Source: a bacterium
Lineage (GTDB): Bacteria > Zixibacteria > MSB-5A5 > GN15 > FEB-12
DNA: 64,000 bases
Assembly (NCBI GenBank): GCA_043819515.1
Contig: JBDRES010000034.1
Location: 3,945-67,944, forward strand
Direction of reading: 5' to 3'
A model generated the notes under the pieces. The model was not told the DNA's origin. It made no database searches and worked only from the letters and a program-made list of their open reading frames with translations. Positions 58,263 through 64,000 of this stretch are shown here, one piece after another (within the stretch, counting starts at the first letter, position 1; every line of letters starts with the position of its first letter). Position numbers and translations under genes: made by a program.

Positions 58263-60080
58263 ATGTCTCGTCAACTACACAAGTTTGAATCGCGGCTCCA
58301 CCTGGGGCTGTTGGCAATCATCCTGGTGCTATTGGGCCTGGATGTTGGTGCCAACTATGTAATCCACAAGTCGCGTCAGCTACTAACGGCGGAAATCACT
58401 TCCGATCTGCAACTGGCTTGTCTTATGGCGGCCAGAGAGAGCCGCGAGACCGGTCTGAGCGGATTGTCCGCTGAGCGGCGACGTCATCTGAAACAAACGT
58501 ACCATCTGTCGAAACTGGGCTTCCTGCCGACCTGGCCTGCCGACACCGAGGATGCCGACTGGACACGCTGGCAAGCATCTTTCAGCGGAGGTGACAATGC
58601 CCACCGGGCCGGAATTGCCCGGGCGGTAGCCGGCATGTCCGCCGGCGACCTGACCAGGGGAGAAGGCACCGGCTACTTCTATGTCCACCTGGTCCGGATC
58701 GGATCCGGCACCGGAGCGGTAGTCGCCGCTCGCGAATCGCCGGCTCTGGCCTTTCTGGACGGATTGGGACGCAACATCATCCGCTTTAGTCCCTACGGAG
58801 TGGCCCTAATCGGGCTTCTCTATGTACTGCTGGTTCGGTTCATTCAGAGGCCCTTTCGAGGCATCATTCAACAGGCCGAATTGGCCGGCCAACCGATAGA
58901 AGGCGGCGGTGATGTTGAGGCTGTGGTAGCCCACTATCGCCAGATCATTGATCAATTGCGCGGTAAGGAGACCGAGCTGATAGAACTGAACAGGATTATC
59001 AGCGATCGGGTGGATTCGCTCCAGAATTACAATCAATACCTGCTCAGTTCGGTAAATTCCGGCGTAGTGACAATTGACCGCGGCGGCAAGATCAGATCGG
59101 CCAATCCCGCGGCTGAGAAGATCTTTGGGACGAGCGAAAGTGATCTGCTGGGTCAACACTTCTTTGAGCTGCTGCAAAACAGTATTGATATCGTGAATGC
59201 CATCAGCCGGGCATTGGACTGCCACAAGGGTTCCCCCTACTTCGAAGTGTCGTTGGCGTCACCGACGGGGGAGGAGCGCTACCTGGGAGTTAGTGTTTCC
59301 GTGATCGCCGACATCCACCGGCAGACAATCGGTGCCTCGGTGCTGGTCAATGATCTTACCGATCGAACTCGTTTGCGCAAGGAGCTGGAGTCCCGCAATC
59401 GCCTGGCCGCGTTGGGTGAGATGGCCGGAGGTCTGGCCCACCAATTGCGCAACTCGCTGGGTGCGATTGTCGGTTATGCTACCTTGATAACGAGGAAACT
59501 CCGACGTCAGAATATGGATGCCTCGTCGGCCGAGGCCCTGGTTCAGGAGAGCAAGGAAGCGGAGGCACTCATCAAGCGCTTTCTCCATTTTGCGCGGCCG
59601 TTTGACTATCAGCCGCAGCCCGTCGATCTTGCCGAACTGGTGGCCGATCTCATCAAGAGTCTTGAAGTTCGGGAGGACTTCAAGGACATATCCATCCAGA
59701 GCGATATTCGTTTGGACTGTCCAGTGACGGCCGATTCGCTGCTTCTGAAGCAGGCCCTTCTGAACCTGATCGAGAACGCCGCCAAGGCGTACGAAGGGTG
59801 TCCCGGTGTTGTCATGGTGAGCGCCGTCCGGGAGAAGAATCAGGCCGTTATTCGGATCAAGGACCAGGGCTGTGGGATTGCACCTGAGGATTTAGAGAAA
59901 GTCTACACGCCGTTTTATTCATCGCGGCCGTCGGGCAGCGGTCTGGGGCTGCCTTTGGTGGCCAAGATAGTCGAATTGCACGAGGGTCACCTTGACGTCC
60001 GCTCTGAGCTCGGCCAAGGGACTGTTTTTTGCCTCAGTCTACTTGTCGCCGACGAACAAGAAATAGTCCCTACGCACTAA
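58263..60080 (+). CDS. Membrane PAS-domain sensor histidine kinase (NtrB/PilS-like)
   Basis: Two TMs, PAS, LGEMAGGLAHQLRN H-box, NLIENA, DQGCGI and GSGLGL motifs. Confidence 0.92.
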   Translation: MSRQLHKFESRLHLGLLAIILVLLGLDVGANYVIHKSRQLLTAEITSDLQLACLMAARESRETGLSGLSAERRRHLKQTYHLSKLGFLPTWPADTEDADWTRWQASFSGGDNAHRAGIARAVAGMSAGDLTRGEGTGYFYVHLVRIGSGTGAVVAARESPALAFLDGLGRNIIRFSPYGVALIGLLYVLLVRFIQRPFRGIIQQAELAGQPIEGGGDVEAVVAHYRQIIDQLRGKETELIELNRIISDRVDSLQNYNQYLLSSVNSGVVTIDRGGKIRSANPAAEKIFGTSESDLLGQHFFELLQNSIDIVNAISRALDCHKGSPYFEVSLASPTGEERYLGVSVSVIADIHRQTIGASVLVNDLTDRTRLRKELESRNRLAALGEMAGGLAHQLRNSLGAIVGYATLITRKLRRQNMDASSAEALVQESKEAEALIKRFLHFARPFDYQPQPVDLAELVADLIKSLEVREDFKDISIQSDIRLDCPVTADSLLLKQALLNLIENAAKAYEGCPGVVMVSAVREKNQAVIRIKDQGCGIAPEDLEKVYTPFYSSRPSGSGLGLPLVAKIVELHEGHLDVRSELGQGTVFCLSLLVADEQEIVPTH

Positions 60081-60217
60081 GGGCATCTAAGGCGTCCAAG
60101 ACCCGAGTAGTATGCTTCCACGATGCCGCACTGTCCGGGACTCGAAAAGCCCACAGAAAACGCTTGGGTAGCGCTCTGTTTCTTGTATATTTGGAGCCGA
60201 TTTATACAGGAGGCGAC

Positions 60218-60778
60218 ATGTTTACACCGTCCGATTTTAGAAAAGGCCTGCGCATTCTGGTCGATGACCAGCCCTACTATGTGGTCGAGTACCAGCACTT
60301 TAAGATGGGCCGTGGCAAGGCCAATATTCGCACCAAGCTGAAGCACATCAAGACCGGCTCGGTGGTCGAGAAGGTCTTCTCATCCAACGACAGTTTTAAG
60401 CCTCCCGATATGGAAGAGCGGCGGATGCAATTCCTATACGAGAATACCGGCGAATTCGCTTTTATGGACTCGGAGACCTTTGACCAGGTGGCTGTTCCCG
60501 CGGACAACCTGGGTGATGCCCGCTGGTATCTGTTGGAGGACCAGGAATACAAGGTACTCTTCCTGGATGGCGAAGCCTTGTCGGTCGACCTGCCGGCGGC
60601 GGTTATTCTGGAAGTGATTACCACTGAACCCTCGGCTCGGGGCGACACCGTTTCCAACGTAACCAAGCCGGCCACCCTGCAGACCGGTCTGGTCGTCAAG
60701 GTCCCGCCGTTTGTCAAAGAAGGTGATAAGGTCAAGGTCGATACTCGCACCGGTGATTACCTGGAGCGGGCCAACTAG
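60218..60778 (+). CDS. efp: Elongation factor P
   Basis: MFTPSDFRKG...HFKMGRGKA...RGDTV..VTKPATLQTG...VDTRTGDYLER; AGGAGG RBS. Confidence 0.96.
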   Translation: MFTPSDFRKGLRILVDDQPYYVVEYQHFKMGRGKANIRTKLKHIKTGSVVEKVFSSNDSFKPPDMEERRMQFLYENTGEFAFMDSETFDQVAVPADNLGDARWYLLEDQEYKVLFLDGEALSVDLPAAVILEVITTEPSARGDTVSNVTKPATLQTGLVVKVPPFVKEGDKVKVDTRTGDYLERAN

Positions 60779-60781
60779 TCC

Positions 60782-61432
60782 ATGACCGGTCGCAATATTC
60801 TGGGCGTAGACGAATCCGGTAAAGGTGACTTCTTTGGGCCACTGGTAGTGGCCGCCTGTGCCTGCCCTGAGAGCAGCCAACAGGCTATGATTGAGGCCGG
60901 GGTGAGAGACGGCAAGCTTCTGACTGAAAAACGGGTGCTGGCCCTCGACACCTGGCTGCGTTCGGAGTTTCCCTATGCGGTAGTGGTCGTTTCCCCCTCG
61001 GAGTACAATCAGCGTTACCATAAAATCAAGAACCTCAATCTCCTGCTGGCCGAGTGTCATGCTCAGGCCATAAACGAACTGGCCGCTCAGAGTGACATCG
61101 ATCTTGCGGTCAGCGACAAGTTTGGAAAGGCGGAGCTGGTTGAGAGTGCCCTGCGCAAGGTTGGTTGCATAACGCCGTTGAAGCAGATTGTTCGGGGCGA
61201 GCGCGTGACGCAAGTTGCGGCAGCATCGATCCTGGCTCGGGCTGAGTTTATCACTCAGATGCGGTCGATGGAATCAGAATATGGTGTGGCGATTCCGAGG
61301 GGAGCATCGGCTCAAGTTGACGCCGCCGGCAGGGAGATCGTACGACAATTGGGTGCCGACATTCTGCCGCAACTGGCTAAAATGCATTTCAAAAACCTGG
61401 GGCGCGTCACGACTCGGAGCCTGTTTAGCTGA
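60782..61432 (+). CDS. rnhC: Ribonuclease HIII, catalytic domain only
   Basis: GVDESGKGDFFGPLVV, GVRDGK, VAAASILAR and AKMHFKN motifs. Confidence 0.85.
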   Translation: MTGRNILGVDESGKGDFFGPLVVAACACPESSQQAMIEAGVRDGKLLTEKRVLALDTWLRSEFPYAVVVVSPSEYNQRYHKIKNLNLLLAECHAQAINELAAQSDIDLAVSDKFGKAELVESALRKVGCITPLKQIVRGERVTQVAAASILARAEFITQMRSMESEYGVAIPRGASAQVDAAGREIVRQLGADILPQLAKMHFKNLGRVTTRSLFS

Positions 61433-61774
61433 AGCGGGCCGAAATCGAATGGCTACGAATTGTTTTCTCAGCCGGCTCCGAGTAGTCCAGGTTGTCACCC
61501 TTCTCCCAATTCACAATCTCTCGCGTCAGTGAATTCGCAGGGCTTCTTTCACAACTGAGCAGCAGGCGGGACGTCGACTGCGTTGCTGGTGCAACCTGCA
61601 GTTAAGCATAGACTTGGACCGATAGAATAATCGCGGTCGGTCTGTCGGATAGCCCAGAGGTATGGTGCGCGGCCCATAGCAGTAGTGCCTTTGTATCCGT
61701 AAGGGCTGAATAGATGCTCTCCATTTGCCGATAACCAAAAAGATAGTATTGAGTTAGGCCAAAGGAGGGCTCTT

Positions 61775-63688
61775 GTGATTGGTGGCGATGTAAATCTGAT
61801 TCTTTCCATGGTGACGTTGGCCGGTTTGGTTGCCATGGCTGAACTACAACGGCACATGCCGCAGCATCGTTCGCGCGAGTTTGCGATGATCGCAGCCGGC
61901 TTGGGCATCTTGGCTTTAGTGACGTCGGCGCGGGCCGTTGCCAGCACCGGTATTCTGGCGGCCCTTCCGGTGCCGGCCAACAGCTTGGCTTTCGATACCG
62001 TGTGTTGGTCGGCCACACTCCTGGCTCTGGTCCTGATCGTCAGTGGGGTCTCCCAATGGTTGCCGATCGTGCGTGATTTTCGTCGGCTTCGGTCTCAACG
62101 TCTAAATCAACTGGAGCTTATAAAAAGGGCTCATCAGCTCAGTTCACTCGAGTCGCGTCCGCACCGCTTGTTACCCGGTTTCATTGAGCAGTTGACCTCT
62201 TCGCTGGGAGCGGCCGGGGTCGCTCTTCTGCGCAGTGTCGGCGACGAGTGCCAGTTGATCGCGGCCCGAGGGAGCGCCTCCGGCATGGCCCGAGTTCTGG
62301 TGCGAACCAGTCTCGACGGAAAGATCTGGCGCGGCGGTCTGATGTCTGATCTTTGGCGCCCGAGATCGGCCGAACCGGGCCGGGCGACGGCTTCCGTTCT
62401 GGGAGTGCCGATGAGAGGGCCGCACGACGACAAGTACCTGCTGTTGCTGTGGCCGGGTAAGGAGGCATTTGACAATGACCTGTGCCAGAATGTGAAGATT
62501 GCCGCCGAGATAATCAGCCGAGGGCTCCAAGCGGCGCCGGTCAGTTCACCAACTGGCCCCACGGCCAATGATCTCACCTCGGCTGCCTTTCAGAAGTTGC
62601 TCGCCGCGACCGGCGACGTCCGCGATCTCACTCGCGAATTGGGCGGGCTGTACATGGGCCGGGGTGGTGTCAGCTACCTGTCGATGGAAATCGTCCTGGG
62701 AGACAGGGTCAAGCGCTATTCCCTCGGCAAGGGAGGTAAGGTACTACAGGAATTAGGTCTACGACCTGATGGACTATTGCCGCATACCAAGACAGTCCTT
62801 GAGTCTACGGTGGCCGCCGAATTTTCTGTTTTGGGTCCCGGTCGTCCGCGATCGGCATTGGAGCGGTCCCTGGGCTCGGCAGAAAACGGCACCGTTTTGT
62901 GCATTCCGTCGACTCCAGGTCAAGCGTCGGCGGTATTGACACTAGCCTCCGATAGATCTCACGCCTTTGGGTCCATAGGTGCCTCCGAGAGAGACATGCT
63001 ATCGGTCGTTCTCACGATGGCGATGGCGCGTTACACTCAGCAGCAAGCCACTGCACAGGAATCCGCTCGTCTGTCTTCAATCGCGAGCTTGGTGGAGTCG
63101 CTGGCTTCGGTTACCAGCCTCTCGGAGTCCTTTGCAATCGCCGCCGAATCGCTGCGGCAATTGATCGGACCATCTGTCATACGTATTGCTACCTTCAGTC
63201 GCGAGCGCTCGTTTCTGACTTCCAGGGCACTACTGGCCCAGGACGAGGCCTCACCGGCGACACCCGCCGGCGGCCATATGATCCTTTCGCTGATGCCATA
63301 CCACTGCCTGGTTCGGGATCACGGCCGTTTGATGTTGGTCAACCAGGACGACACCGACAAGCCGATCAGCGAGGCCGAAGCGTTACAAGCCTGGTGCTCC
63401 GATCTGAAGTCGGCTTTGATAGTCCCGGTCACCGTCAACGGTCAGGTCATAGCTGTTCTCAGTCTGGCCGATCGACGCCCCTGGGAGGAATTCCGATTTG
63501 ATCACGCCGATATCGCCGCAGCTCGTATGGTGGCCTCATTGCTCTCCATTTCAATACGAGCCAGCGCCATGACCCGTCGCCCCGGTCGCGTGAGGCCTCA
63601 GATCGAATCGATGCCACTGACGGCAGTCGCCCAATCGCCAGGCCACTCTGAACGGCGGGCGCAAACGTTTCTAACCGAGGCTCCGTGA
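61775..63688 (+). CDS. Membrane protein with tandem GAF-like domains and no recognisable output domain
   Basis: Three N-terminal TMs; C-terminal KSALIVPVTVNGQVIAVLSL...FDHADI GAF motif; AGGAGG RBS. Confidence 0.7.
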   Translation: MIGGDVNLILSMVTLAGLVAMAELQRHMPQHRSREFAMIAAGLGILALVTSARAVASTGILAALPVPANSLAFDTVCWSATLLALVLIVSGVSQWLPIVRDFRRLRSQRLNQLELIKRAHQLSSLESRPHRLLPGFIEQLTSSLGAAGVALLRSVGDECQLIAARGSASGMARVLVRTSLDGKIWRGGLMSDLWRPRSAEPGRATASVLGVPMRGPHDDKYLLLLWPGKEAFDNDLCQNVKIAAEIISRGLQAAPVSSPTGPTANDLTSAAFQKLLAATGDVRDLTRELGGLYMGRGGVSYLSMEIVLGDRVKRYSLGKGGKVLQELGLRPDGLLPHTKTVLESTVAAEFSVLGPGRPRSALERSLGSAENGTVLCIPSTPGQASAVLTLASDRSHAFGSIGASERDMLSVVLTMAMARYTQQQATAQESARLSSIASLVESLASVTSLSESFAIAAESLRQLIGPSVIRIATFSRERSFLTSRALLAQDEASPATPAGGHMILSLMPYHCLVRDHGRLMLVNQDDTDKPISEAEALQAWCSDLKSALIVPVTVNGQVIAVLSLADRRPWEEFRFDHADIAAARMVASLLSISIRASAMTRRPGRVRPQIESMPLTAVAQSPGHSERRAQTFLTEAP

Positions 63689-63698
63689 AGAGTAAGAA

Positions 63699-64000
63699 GT
63701 GGCGCAAGCAGATTCAATCCTCATCATAGCCCGGCTGGTTCGGGCGTTACATCAACGCCTGCCTGTCGGCCTGGTTCTGCAGGAATTGTTCGACGCTCTA
63801 GCCGAGCGTCTGCCGTTGAGTCGTCTGGTTTTGACCCCCAGGCGCGGTCCGGCCCAGGTAGCGACAAGCGGTCTTGATGGCAGGCGTTCCGCACGAGTCG
63901 AGCGGCAATCGCCACTGTCGGACGATTTGTTTGATCGCGCCGTGACCGAGGGGACAGTTTTGGTGTCCAATGTTGATGTCCAGTCTCTCGAAGAACAACA
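63699..64000 (+). CDS. Partial ORF, possible GAF-containing protein (3' truncated)
   Basis: GTG start; frame open to the window end: MAQADSILIIARLVRALHQRLPVGLVLQELFDALAERL... Confidence 0.55.
   Translation, partial: MAQADSILIIARLVRALHQRLPVGLVLQELFDALAERLPLSRLVLTPRRGPAQVATSGLDGRRSARVERQSPLSDDLFDRAVTEGTVLVSNVDVQSLEEQ

Noticed and set aside
1..64000. CRISPR arrays, rRNA, transposases, integrases or prophage genes
   Set aside because: No regularly spaced repeats or matching protein motifs were seen.

Overview
Bacterial chromosomal window, roughly 57-60% GC by eye and almost entirely + strand. It is probably from a diderm FCB-superphylum lineage such as Zixibacteria; this is an inference from the PorV-like protein, bS22 and gene context. 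Gene order: end of a flagellar cluster (fliD, fliS, flgN-like, flgM-like, HDOD); tRNA-Val plus thrS-infC-rpmI-rplT-pheST-zapBA-rny-ymdB-folD; a PorV/TPR protein; a signalling block (anti-sigma kinase/PP2C phosphatase fusion, STAS protein, diguanylate cyclase) in front of a partial exopolysaccharide export cluster; lapAB-SPOR-mutSL-miaA; MltD-like, sppA, HU, bS22; a three-repeat secreted protein; a lone KAP NTPase; purED; a sigma54 activator with its likely target operon; hrcA-grpE-dnaK-dnaJ-prmA-rsmE-pilD-HK; efp, rnhC and GAF proteins. The strongest novelty candidate is the STAS gene. It ends just after an A10G run containing A-AAA-AAG, followed by a small hairpin, and the -1 frame stays open into a basic HTH-like domain. 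This suggests programmed recoding into a STAS-HTH output for a single-polypeptide kinase/phosphatase sensor. Also notable: an in-frame TAG inside purD, an unannotated bS22 gene, an ATA start for infC and several structured intergenic RNA candidates. No CRISPR array, rRNA or transposase was seen.
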